NCBI GenBank assembly: GCA_035353055.1 | Contig: DAOPYW010000002.1 | Coordinates: 4,574 to 68,573, forward strand | Length of the DNA stretch: 64,000 nucleotides | Source of the DNA: Bacilli bacterium | GTDB lineage: Bacteria; Bacillota_I; Bacilli_A; RFN20; CAG-826 | Direction of reading: 5' to 3' | Part shown: positions 1 to 8,900 of the stretch, in pieces | Position numbering within the stretch: position 1 is the first letter of the stretch | How the letters are laid out: the number at the start of each line of letters is the position of its first letter | Program-made: the position numbers and the translations under genes | The notes under the pieces: model-generated | Databases searched by the model: none | What the model saw: only the letters and a program-made list of their open reading frames with translations | Told to the model about the DNA's origin: nothing

Positions 1-22
1 CTCATTACAAGTTGAGAAAACG

Positions 23-625
23 TCATCGTTTGATTAGCTGATTGATTTTTAAATAGGCTAATAGTTTATTAAGGGCTTTTCCGCGATGGGAAACTTTGTT
101 TTTCATTGTTTGGCTCATCTCCGAATAGGTTAATTGCGTATCATTTTCGATGAAGATTGGATCATAACCAAAACCAGTATCGCCTCGAGGGGCAAAAGCG
201 ATGGTCCCGGGGATACGAGCCTCAAAGTGAAGAGGCTTGTTCTCTACATTAACGAGGCAAATGCTGCAAACAAAAGTGGCTTTTCTATCTTTGCCATCTA
301 ATCGTTTGATAATATCTGCAATCGCATTTTTGTGACCGTTATGCATTTCAGCGAAGCGCGCCGAATGCAATCCAGGCTCGTTATTCAAAGCTTCTATTTC
401 CAATCCTGAATCGTCGCTTATGATGGGCATATCGGTGATTTTTTGTATCGCTAAGGCCTTAATCAAGGCATTATCAAAATATGTCTTGCCATTCTCGACG
501 ATTTCTTCAGGATGAAGATTCAAATCTTTTAACCCGTAAACTACGATGCCGTGAGGCGAGAGAATTTGACGGACCTCTTCTAACTTATGAGGGTTGTTGG
601 TGGCCAGTACGATTTCGTAATTCAT
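23..625 (-). CDS. rdgB: dITP/XTP pyrophosphatase (Ham1/RdgB family); likely start at internal ATG (MNYEIV...), 1 nt after degV stop
   Basis: Translated ORF shows Ham1 family hallmarks (ATNNPHKLEE..., FGYDPIF, SHRGKAL). TAAgATG coupling with upstream degV. Confidence 0.8.
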   Translation of the reverse strand: MNYEIVLATNNPHKLEEVRQILSPHGIVVYGLKDLNLHPEEIVENGKTYFDNALIKALAIQKITDMPIISDDSGLEIEALNNEPGLHSARFAEMHNGHKNAIADIIKRLDGKDRKATFVCSICLVNVENKPLHFEARIPGTIAFAPRGDTGFGYDPIFIENDTQLTYSEMSQTMKNKVSHRGKALNKLLAYLKINQLIKR

Positions 626-626
626 C

Positions 627-1493
627 TTAACTATTATAAGCCACAACGCTCATCCCGATACCGTCATTTCCTAAGTGAATAAAATAGACAGGTCTCACTG
701 TTCTGACTCTTGAGACAATCGCTTTTGGAAAAGCTTGGTTGATCATCTTGACAAATTTTTCGGCGATGTCGTTTTGATTTAAATCGACGATCTTAACGAA
801 CAGATTAGCAAATTTTTCTGAGAGAGATTTTATCGAATTGAGGAAGGTTCCTAAAACCTTAGTCATATTTAGCTCTTTCTTTGCGAGAACCAATTTTCCT
901 TGGCGCATTTCAATGATGGGCTTGATGTGCAGAATAGCCCCCAACAACCCGGCGATCTTAGATAGCCTTCCGCCGTTGACTAAATGCCTTAAATTTAAGA
1001 CGCTGAATTGAATATGCGTGTTAGCGACTCTTTCTCTGAATGTCTCAATAATGTCGTTGAAAGAAGCATCTTCCTTTTCAAATAAAGGCAATAGAGTCTC
1101 GATTAAATTCGCTAAGCCAAAATTGCATATGAGGGTATCGCCAACAAAAATTTCTTCCGGTCTTTTCACATAAGTTTTTCCGATGACAGCAGATTGAAAA
1201 GTGGACGATAATTCTCGCGAAAGGGGAAGGCAAATAATATGTTTAAATCCTTCATCAAATAGCTGATTGTAGGCATCAGCAAAATCATTGGGAGATGGAG
1301 AAGAGGTCGAGAGACTCTTGACATCATCCAGCACTGAGATAATCTCTTCATCCGAAGTGTCGACTTCTCTTTTATTGAATGCTTGAGTGTGGATATTTAA
1401 AGACACAACTTTGATGCCGTAATCTTTGATGAGTTGAGCATCTAAAGTAGTGGTGGAATCGATAACAATACCAATTGAGCTTTTATTTTTCAT
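627..1493 (-). CDS. DegV family fatty-acid-binding protein
   Basis: N-terminal IGIVIDSTTTL motif and overall DegV architecture (~280 aa). Confidence 0.8.
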   Translation of the reverse strand: MKNKSSIGIVIDSTTTLDAQLIKDYGIKVVSLNIHTQAFNKREVDTSDEEIISVLDDVKSLSTSSPSPNDFADAYNQLFDEGFKHIICLPLSRELSSTFQSAVIGKTYVKRPEEIFVGDTLICNFGLANLIETLLPLFEKEDASFNDIIETFRERVANTHIQFSVLNLRHLVNGGRLSKIAGLLGAILHIKPIIEMRQGKLVLAKKELNMTKVLGTFLNSIKSLSEKFANLFVKIVDLNQNDIAEKFVKMINQAFPKAIVSRVRTVRPVYFIHLGNDGIGMSVVAYNS

Positions 1494-1687
1494 GAATGGC
1501 CTCCAGTGATTTAATGTCTCAAACGCCTGATAATGAATATTTTTTAAATATTAATTAACGGGCTACGAGTAAATTATATTAACTCATTTTTATGCAACGT
1601 GCAAAGAAGATACAATTATCAATCTTTTTAATTTTTGATATCCTCATTTTCTGAATGAATTCGCAACATATGATTTTTGATAGTGAG

Positions 1688-1718
1688 AGAAAATAAAAAA
1701 ACGAGACGAATCTCGTTT
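1688..1718 (-). terminator. Rho-independent terminator downstream of hypothetical gene 1739..2278
   Basis: Hairpin acgaga-cgaa-tctcgt followed on the minus strand by a T7AT4 run, 20 nt after the stop codon. Confidence 0.45.
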
Positions 1719-1738
1719 AATGCAAATTCTTGGTATAA

Positions 1739-2278
1739 TTACTCATTCAATAAATCTTTATATTTTTTCCATGTTGAAATATATCTATTGTCCCATTTTA
1801 CACATGTAATATTGGAGTATTTAATAAGAACAGGCTTTTCCGACCATACTCCATCAGCATCAAAATATCTGAACAATACATCTGATTTATTTACTTTAAA
1901 TACTACTCCAATAAAATATTTTTCGTTATATTCATCTTCTATCGAAATAAACTTATTAAGTTTTGCCAATTGTTTGAGTATTATTTCCCAAGATGTGATA
2001 TCAATGTTTGGATTAGCTATTTGTGCAACAACGCCAATTGTTTGATTCATTTTATTGCATAGATCATTCCTAATTTCTGCCCTTGTTAAATCTGAAATTT
2101 TTCTAACCGCGTACCCATCTAAAAGAAAATCATCTTCTTCTTGTCCTAGCATAAACTTGTTATTCACATCTAACACGTAGTAATAGAAGTAATAACAATC
2201 GTATTTAAAAAAGCATCTGCACAATTCCTTGGCGTTTTTAGACTGATCCAAAATTGAAAGTTTCTCTTCTTTTTTCAT
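1739..2278 (-). CDS. Hypothetical protein in ~25% GC islet (alternative start 2311)
   Basis: ORF of 179-190 aa in a markedly AT-rich block. No recognisable motif. Own terminator. Confidence 0.4.
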   Translation of the reverse strand: MKKEEKLSILDQSKNAKELCRCFFKYDCYYFYYYVLDVNNKFMLGQEEDDFLLDGYAVRKISDLTRAEIRNDLCNKMNQTIGVVAQIANPNIDITSWEIILKQLAKLNKFISIEDEYNEKYFIGVVFKVNKSDVLFRYFDADGVWSEKPVLIKYSNITCVKWDNRYISTWKKYKDLLNE

Positions 2279-2484
2279 TGCTCTTACCTTTGAAAATGCG
2301 ATGTGCAACATCCGTTTATTGATTCTGAAAAGTATTCAATTATTCGGAAGTATGTTTCTCTTTAATGCATTTTTATTATTATACCACAAAATCACAAAGG
2401 CTTTTTCAACATCACTACCACGAATCATACCAAATAGAATTTAATCCTAAAATATTAACATATTAAATAAAAAAATACAGCAAG

Positions 2485-2510
2485 TGGTCAGTTCTCAATG
2501 CCGAAGCATG
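2485..2510. repeat. 26-bp perfect direct repeat (left copy) abutting IS left end; tggtcagttctcaatgccgaagcatg
   Basis: Identical 26-mer seen again at 3631..3656 in the same orientation. Confidence 0.7.
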
Positions 2511-3630
2511 TGTTAACTTTCAAATGATGTGAGACTTTTTTGTCCTTGCTTTGCTCTTATCTTAATAAGTTCATCGTAAAGTGACAATTCAATTTCATTC
2601 GGAGTTAAACATTTTAGTACAAACCTTGGTGTGTCATTATATCTTCTGTTCCATGATTCTCCTTGATTTCTTAAGTCTTCTAAGTTGAAGAACCTTAAGG
2701 TTCTATAGAATTTATCTTGGTCTATTCTATGGCTTCTTTCGACTTTTCCATTATGTTCAGGGGTTCTTGGTCTTATTAGCTTATGTATGATTCCTTTTTC
2801 AATACAATATTGTTCTAGATAATTTGGGTATTTTCTTGAATGAATGGTATTTGTTCTTTTCACTTTATCGGTGAATTCCAAGCCATTATCACTCTGCAAG
2901 ATGATTGGACTATATCCAAATGATCTAATAGCCTTTTTAAGAGCGGTTACGGTTTCATACAGACTATGTTCATTCGTGTAATGTAGATATCTTTTCCTGC
3001 TGCATTCGTCCAGGATTGTATATTGGTAAAACTTATTTTCGGAATGACCACCTGTATAACATTCTTTTGGAACGAATTTGACATCAATTTGCCATTTCTC
3101 ACCTATCATTGTCGGTGTGCGATAGGGCTTATCGTGTTTCTTTTTTGCGTTACTTAAATATGGTGAATATTCTTTATTTCTTTTTAAGATTCTCAGCGTA
3201 CTTGATAACGATATAACATAGTTATTTCTATGCATCTTTATCCAAATCTCCATATATGAATTATCTGGATTTCTTCGTTTTAAGTCCAGCACCTTTTTAA
3301 TTACTTCTTCTGATAATGTTTTTGGGTGAGGTGTCTTTGGTCTATGAGAGTGATCTTTTAAAGAGCCAGAAGTGCCGTCGTAAGCTTTTAACCATCTAAA
3401 CAACGATGATTTTCTGACATGATAAAAAGAACAAACCTTACTTATTTTCCAGTGCGATTCCTTTGCTCTTTTACAAGCATGGAATCTTGTTTCAATATCT
3501 ACAGGTACAAAGTTTCTTTCTTGTGTTAAAATGTCCATGGAGTCCTCCTTAACAAGTTGTGGTTAACTTATTATAAGCAAGGACTCTTTTATTTTCTTTA
3601 ATTTAGTCTCACATCAATTGAACTAGTACA
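2511..3630 (-). mobile_element. IS481-like insertion sequence (~1120 bp) with imperfect ~28-30 bp terminal inverted repeats beginning TGT (both ends contain tgatgtgagact)
   Basis: Left end tgttaactttcaaatgatgtgagact vs reverse complement of right end tgtactagttcaattgatgtgagact. Encloses a single DDE transposase ORF. Flanked by 26-bp direct repeats. Confidence 0.65.
2513..3538 (-). CDS. DDE (rve integrase-core) transposase, IS481-like, with N-terminal HTH
   Basis: Motifs DNGLEFT and RPRTPEHNGKVERSHR resemble IS481-family (RPY.P.TNGKVER) transposases. AAGGAGGA RBS upstream. Confidence 0.8.
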   Translation of the reverse strand: MDILTQERNFVPVDIETRFHACKRAKESHWKISKVCSFYHVRKSSLFRWLKAYDGTSGSLKDHSHRPKTPHPKTLSEEVIKKVLDLKRRNPDNSYMEIWIKMHRNNYVISLSSTLRILKRNKEYSPYLSNAKKKHDKPYRTPTMIGEKWQIDVKFVPKECYTGGHSENKFYQYTILDECSRKRYLHYTNEHSLYETVTALKKAIRSFGYSPIILQSDNGLEFTDKVKRTNTIHSRKYPNYLEQYCIEKGIIHKLIRPRTPEHNGKVERSHRIDQDKFYRTLRFFNLEDLRNQGESWNRRYNDTPRFVLKCLTPNEIELSLYDELIKIRAKQGQKSLTSFES

Positions 3631-3656
3631 TGGTCAGTTCTCAATGCCGAAGCATG
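3631..3656. repeat. 26-bp perfect direct repeat (right copy) abutting IS right end
   Basis: Identical to 2485..2510. Confidence 0.7.
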
Positions 3657-3703
3657 AATATAAAAAAGGTCTGGCACATTATACCAAACCTTATCTTTTC
3701 TAA

Positions 3704-3777
3704 TGGAGCAAGTGACGGGAATCGAACCCGCATAACTAGCTTGGAAGGCTAGTGTTCTACCACTGAACTACACTTGC
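3704..3777 (-). tRNA. tRNA-Gly (anticodon UCC), CCA encoded
   Basis: Reverse complement folds as a cloverleaf. Acceptor GCAAGTG/CACTTGC, D-stem GTTC/GAAC, anticodon stem CTAGC/GCTAG with loop CTTCCAA, T-arm CGGGTTCGATTCCCG, 3' TCCA. Confidence 0.9.
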
Positions 3778-3829
3778 AACTCGCAGCGGGTTATATTATA
3801 TAACTCGCATACGAATTTGACAATTGCTT

Positions 3830-4138
3830 TTATTTCAAGAAGTTAAGAAGTTGATTTTGATTCATATAACCGAGAGAATGTCTGACGATTTTTCCCTCTT
3901 CAAAAAGAATCAAAGTGGGGATTGATTGGATGCCAAATTGAGCGGCGATTGCTGGCAAGCGATCGACATCAACTTTCAAAATTAAAGTGTTGGTCACCTT
4001 TCCGCTGGCATCGACTGCTTCAACCACTGGCGAGAGCATTTTGCATGGTCCACACCAGGTGGCAAAGAAATCGACAAAGACTCTTCCTTTGTTGTACAAA
4101 GCATTAAATTCCTGAACTGTTTCAACGTGTTTAATCAT
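3830..4138 (-). CDS. trxA: Thioredoxin
   Basis: WCGPCK active site, ~102 aa from internal ATG (MIKHV) preceded by GGAGGA RBS. The upstream part of the 132-aa ORF is non-coding and overlaps the neighbouring gene. Confidence 0.85.
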   Translation of the reverse strand: MIKHVETVQEFNALYNKGRVFVDFFATWCGPCKMLSPVVEAVDASGKVTNTLILKVDVDRLPAIAAQFGIQSIPTLILFEEGKIVRHSLGYMNQNQLLNFLK

Positions 4139-4146
4139 AGTTCCTC

Positions 4147-5046
4147 CTATAAGGTTAGCAAATAAAATACTAACGCGATAATGGCGAGATGGAGGGGGTA
4201 ATATAGATACGCTCCATACTCGAACCATGGCTTATTATAGCCGCGTTTCCCACTGTAACACAAAAGTAATGCTCCAGAAAAAAGCGCCAGCCACTGATAT
4301 GGCAAAAAAGGCATGTTTCCAAACCACGACAAAGCATATAAACAAAGGCTTATCACGACCACGGCTGACATGTTTAATAAGTTTGTGGCTCGCATATCAA
4401 AAGAGGAGAGCTTTAAGACTTCCACATCAACGCCCATATCTCGAGCAATGACGCTGAGATAAAAATCTTTTATAAGACGCGCCAAGTAGAAGCTCATAAT
4501 CAGCAAAACGGAAAACCATCCATACTGGGTTCTCAAATAAAAGGGGAGCCAATAAACGAGCGTGCCGGTATTATATTCAAACGTCGTTATCGCGAATGAC
4601 AAAATGGCATAGCACGCCGGGAGTAAAGCGAGCATTTTAATGCGCCAGTTTGCCTGCATGAGACAGTACACTCCGACAGCGCCGAGAAGGAGATCAATAA
4701 AGATATTGCCCCCCTGCGTAAAGTCCTGAGAGAAAAACGGATTAGGGATATAAGCTAGTAAGGCATAGACTCCACTAATGAATAACGCCATAATGCCTAA
4801 TCTCAAAGCATATTTTTTAAAACTTCTAGTGTGAGTAACGCCCTCGTAAATGATGAAGGCAAATAGGGGCATCGCCAACCTTCCTAGGCCACGCAAAAGA
4901 ATGACGACGGGAGAGCCGGGAGAAAGATAATAATATTCGAGCATAAGCCCTACATGATCTAATGTCATGAATAAAAAAGCTAATAGTTTCAAACCGAAGT
5001 TTGATAAAAAGAGCCATTTTTGAGTGCTATCTTCGTTTTTCATCAT
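4147..5046 (-). CDS. TraX-family-like polytopic membrane protein
   Basis: Multi-TM protein with N-terminal LKLLAFLFMTLDHVG motif resembling the TraX family. 4-nt overlap with the upstream CPBP gene. Confidence 0.45.
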   Translation of the reverse strand: MMKNEDSTQKWLFLSNFGLKLLAFLFMTLDHVGLMLEYYYLSPGSPVVILLRGLGRLAMPLFAFIIYEGVTHTRSFKKYALRLGIMALFISGVYALLAYIPNPFFSQDFTQGGNIFIDLLLGAVGVYCLMQANWRIKMLALLPACYAILSFAITTFEYNTGTLVYWLPFYLRTQYGWFSVLLIMSFYLARLIKDFYLSVIARDMGVDVEVLKLSSFDMRATNLLNMSAVVVISLCLYALSWFGNMPFLPYQWLALFSGALLLCYSGKRGYNKPWFEYGAYLYYPLHLAIIALVFYLLTL

Positions 5047-5867
5047 TGACTAATTATATTTGAAATCAAAATTGAGACAACAGCAACCAAATTGTTTGTT
5101 ACATGAGCAGTCAGCGAAGCGGCAAGCCCAAAATAATCGTAAGCAAAGCAGAGCAATCCACCAGCGATTAAATAGGAAGGAAGATTAAGCAGTTCGACAA
5201 GGTATGCTTCTGGGCTACCGGCTAAAAAGTCGAAATGAATCAAGGCAAAAAAAGCGATTGTAACAAGATATGCTAGCCATTTGCCTATCCGTGCAAAAAA
5301 GGAAAATAGTCCAAGGCGGTAGGTTAATTCCTCACAAATCGGTCCAACAAATGCAAATATCAAGATGGATAGGGCTGGATATGAAATAGTAATCTTTCTT
5401 ACTAGATCTTCGTTTCCGTTAACACCAAAGTCAACAAATAACGAAGCGATATACTTATAAAAAGAACCCAAGAGAAGAATACCAACCCCTATTCCAATTC
5501 CTATTGCATATGGGACAACGCTCTTAAAAGAAGCGAGAATCTTTCGATGATTCTGGAAAGCTAGAAAAATCATGCCAATAAACAACAATCCATAGGTGAC
5601 GAATTGAGACACAGCCATATACATGATCTTGGTGCTTTCACTGTTGAGAAAAGACAATGCTAATTGGATGATAATTCCGATAATATTTAATCCCAGCCAA
5701 CCTGTTAAAAAGAAAGCAATCTCTTGCCAGCGAGGCAGCCAAATTAAACCTCGTTGCTTTTTATGCGCCTCAGGATTGGGGTTTATTTCGTCGCATTTTG
5801 GACAATTAGTATTTACCGGATCATAGTTATGACCGCATTTGTTACAAATGGTGTCTCGCATTAACAT
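5043..5867 (-). CDS. CPBP (CAAX/Abi) family intramembrane metalloprotease with N-terminal C4 zinc ribbon
   Basis: CNKCGH...CPKCDE zinc ribbon. EELTYR (EExxxR) and FALIHF (FxxxH) CPBP motifs. Multiple TM helices. Confidence 0.65.
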   Translation of the reverse strand: MLMRDTICNKCGHNYDPVNTNCPKCDEINPNPEAHKKQRGLIWLPRWQEIAFFLTGWLGLNIIGIIIQLALSFLNSESTKIMYMAVSQFVTYGLLFIGMIFLAFQNHRKILASFKSVVPYAIGIGIGVGILLLGSFYKYIASLFVDFGVNGNEDLVRKITISYPALSILIFAFVGPICEELTYRLGLFSFFARIGKWLAYLVTIAFFALIHFDFLAGSPEAYLVELLNLPSYLIAGGLLCFAYDYFGLAASLTAHVTNNLVAVVSILISNIISQ

Positions 5868-5962
5868 TTTCTTTATTTCCTAATAAAAAAACTATACACT
5901 AAAATTGACTTTAAAAGTAACAATAACTATTAGTTATGAACTGATAGAGAGAAGAGGTAATA

Positions 5963-8900
5963 ATGTCTGCTGATTTGTTTGCTCAAATTGTCAATATAGG
6001 TCTCATTGTTCTTTTTGTTGCCGCTATTGTGGGTTTCCTTATCGCGGGAATTGTCGGTTATAAACGAGGCATTTGGTCATCGACATATCGAATGCTATTC
6101 ATGCTCATTCTCGTCACTGTCGGGCTTGTATCGCTGACCGCAATCGCTGATATTTTAGGCAATATAAATCTTGATTTATTCATCCCTTACGAGACTATTA
6201 TTCTCACCAATGAAAAAACGGGAATAATTTACTACGCTCCAATCACTTCTTTCCATGATACTTTAGTGTCATGCTTCCGCGGATTTTACTATCTTTACAA
6301 TGTTTCTGGAAGCTACGCAGCCGCCACAGAATTTGCCGAAGCGCTGGCTTATTCAGTTGTCAAATTAGCCGCCTTTATGGTCATCATGATTCTCATTGTC
6401 ACGCTGGGATCGCTTTTATGCACTATCCTCTGGCATGCATTATTCAAGCACCTCATTCCCAAACTTGCGCGCAATAGAATTAAAGTTCGCTGGGTAGGCG
6501 TGGCTATGAATACCATCACATATGTAGTGGTGGGCTTTCTTTTCTTCTCGCCTTTTTCCTCAATGATAAACATTATCAATCAAAACTATTCGAGAAGAGA
6601 TGACGAAAACCAAGTGGTGGCTTATCTCAATGGCTTTGTTGAAACCTACGACAATTCTCTCTTTGCTCAGACGTTTTTTAACTGGACCGTCGATCCATCC
6701 ACTGGGATGACGATTGACACTACAATTCTCAATAGCCTGACCTCTTCCTCTTTGAAAAACGGCTCAATTGGCATCATCGAGAGCGTTTCTGAACTGACAA
6801 AAATTGCCAATGTTTTAGCTGAAAACATCGTAATTGGATCTGACAACAAGATTACTTTTAGTATTCCCGAGATGGTCAGCCAGGAGTATATCGAAACCCT
6901 CTTTGCATCTTTGAAAGATTCAAACTTGGTCATGATGATCATTCCATTAGCCATCCAGATATCCCTTAATTCTGATTTGCTCGCCGATTATGTTGACACT
7001 TCCCTTCTTGATTTATCCGATGCTGAATGGGATAAAGAACTAGATGCGATCGAAACAATCGCTATTGATGTCGCTAATAGCGGTATTGTCGATTCGTTCC
7101 TCGATGATGATGGAAACTTTGTTCTGCCAACCGACAATGCGGTTTTAATCTCTAGTTTGCTCACTAAAAAAGCTTACTCTTATACCTATCATGCTTTGAC
7201 TACCATCAGCGAGTCAAAATTGCTCTCGCGTAGCATTCCTGCTTTAATTCAGTATTTAATTAACAATGGTGGGGAAACCATGAAATCTTATTTCCCCACA
7301 ACTTTCGAAGCCTTAAACGATATCGATTGGGGATTTGAACTGAGCACTGTCTATGACTGCTTATATCAAATGTACTGCGCTGACAATCGCATCGTTACCG
7401 CGATTCTCAATATGAATTCTTCCGAAACTGGAGAAGGGGGAAGCGGACTCGCTCCTCTTCGCGCTGGAGAAGAAGATTTTACATTGATGGACGTTCTCTT
7501 AGAGAACATTGACGCCTATCGCCGCATTATTGTCGGAGAAACCAATACCGCCAATGAGCTCGTTAACCTTGATTCAAATGGGCGCACGATTGTCTATTCT
7601 AACGGCAAGAGAATCCCAGGCAGGCGCTATTCCCTCTTAGATATTTCTTTGTGCAAGACTATTTTTTCCTCTTTTGCGACAACGCTGGGCGAGCTCATCA
7701 GCGATGAGACAACCGAAACCGCTGTCTCCGCTGTTATGACAGAACTTTCCGCGGGCAAATGGATGAAAAACTATAAAGAAGAATTCAATGCTCTTTTCTA
7801 CTGCTTTTCCGCTTTTAGCGAAAACCCTGGCGCCCTTGATACTCTCACTAGCGGAGAATTAATCCCCGAGGGTGGCTCACTAAGCGATATCGACCCAGGA
7901 GTGGTTCGAGTGCTCTCTTTAGCGATGAAGAGGATGGATAAATCCAAGATTATCTATGCCATCTTAACACCCACTATAAATACTTTATTAACTACGGGAA
8001 GCATCGCCGAAGCGTTCCAGCAGAGCAACATTGACATCGCAATTGTCACGGATGGGGTTCATAAAGCTGAAGCGTCGCGAACTCTCGGCATCGAATTAGC
8101 AAAAATCATCGATTCAGTGAAACATTTTGGCACTCTTTCCGATATCTTATCGGGCGGGTATGATACCGCGACAATGATCAGCCATTTAGGCTCTGCTAGC
8201 GAGTCCATCGCTTATGCGCTTGACGCCGTCTACCGCTGCCGAATCATCAACCCTGTTCCTGAGCCAACAGATACTTACACAAAGAATGAAAACTACTTCA
8301 ATGTCATGAGTTACATCTTTGGTGATTCTCTGCATGTTGAAGGGCTAGCTTTTGACCAAACTTTGCTAAATGATCCCAACATAACTTGGGTAAACTCTAC
8401 CGATAGCAGTGGCAACTTTTACCATGACCGCTATGGAAATGCCATCTATGACGGTGAAAATGGTGCGATTGCCAATGTTATCAAAGCTCTCGCTTCATCG
8501 GGAATTATGACGGTGATGACTGATGATACATATCTATCAGGAAGCAATATGACCGATCATATCGCCTCTCTTGAAAACGATTATCATCTCTCGAGAATAT
8601 TATCTGCCGTAGGCGATAGCGCCGTCTTTTCAAGCACGATGGGGACATTCCTCGACGCTCAACTCGATCAGACTGGTATCCTCGCTCAAGGAGTCTCATT
8701 CACCAATGTCACTGACTGGAAAGATGAGGGAGAAAAACTCGGAGTTTTGCTCACGACAATCGGAGAAGCCGCGATTGATATGTCCAACCTTAATTTGAAT
8801 GCTATCACAAACGTTGTCGGCCTCAATGATCTTCTCCACGCTCTCGCTGATTCTTCAATGTTCATCGATAAGACTACTGGAAACTATTTGTTCTCCGGAT

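Noticed and set aside
1677-2045. Plus-strand 122-aa ORF overlapping the minus-strand hypothetical gene
   Set aside because: It lies in an AT-rich region, where long spurious ORFs are common. It overlaps a gene that has its own terminator. It has no RBS.
3922-4451. Plus-strand ORFs overlapping trxA and the TraX-like gene; N-terminal extension of the trxA ORF (to 4228)
   Set aside because: Thioredoxin begins at the internal ATG with a GGAGGA RBS. The extension overlaps the neighbouring gene and is Arg/Pro-rich nonsense.
6349-6954. Minus-strand ORFs (76 and 95 aa) and several other 60-95-aa ORFs antisense within the giant gene
   Set aside because: They lie entirely inside a long, uninterrupted ORF on the other strand and have no RBS or motifs. 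This is the typical antisense ORF noise of a large gene.
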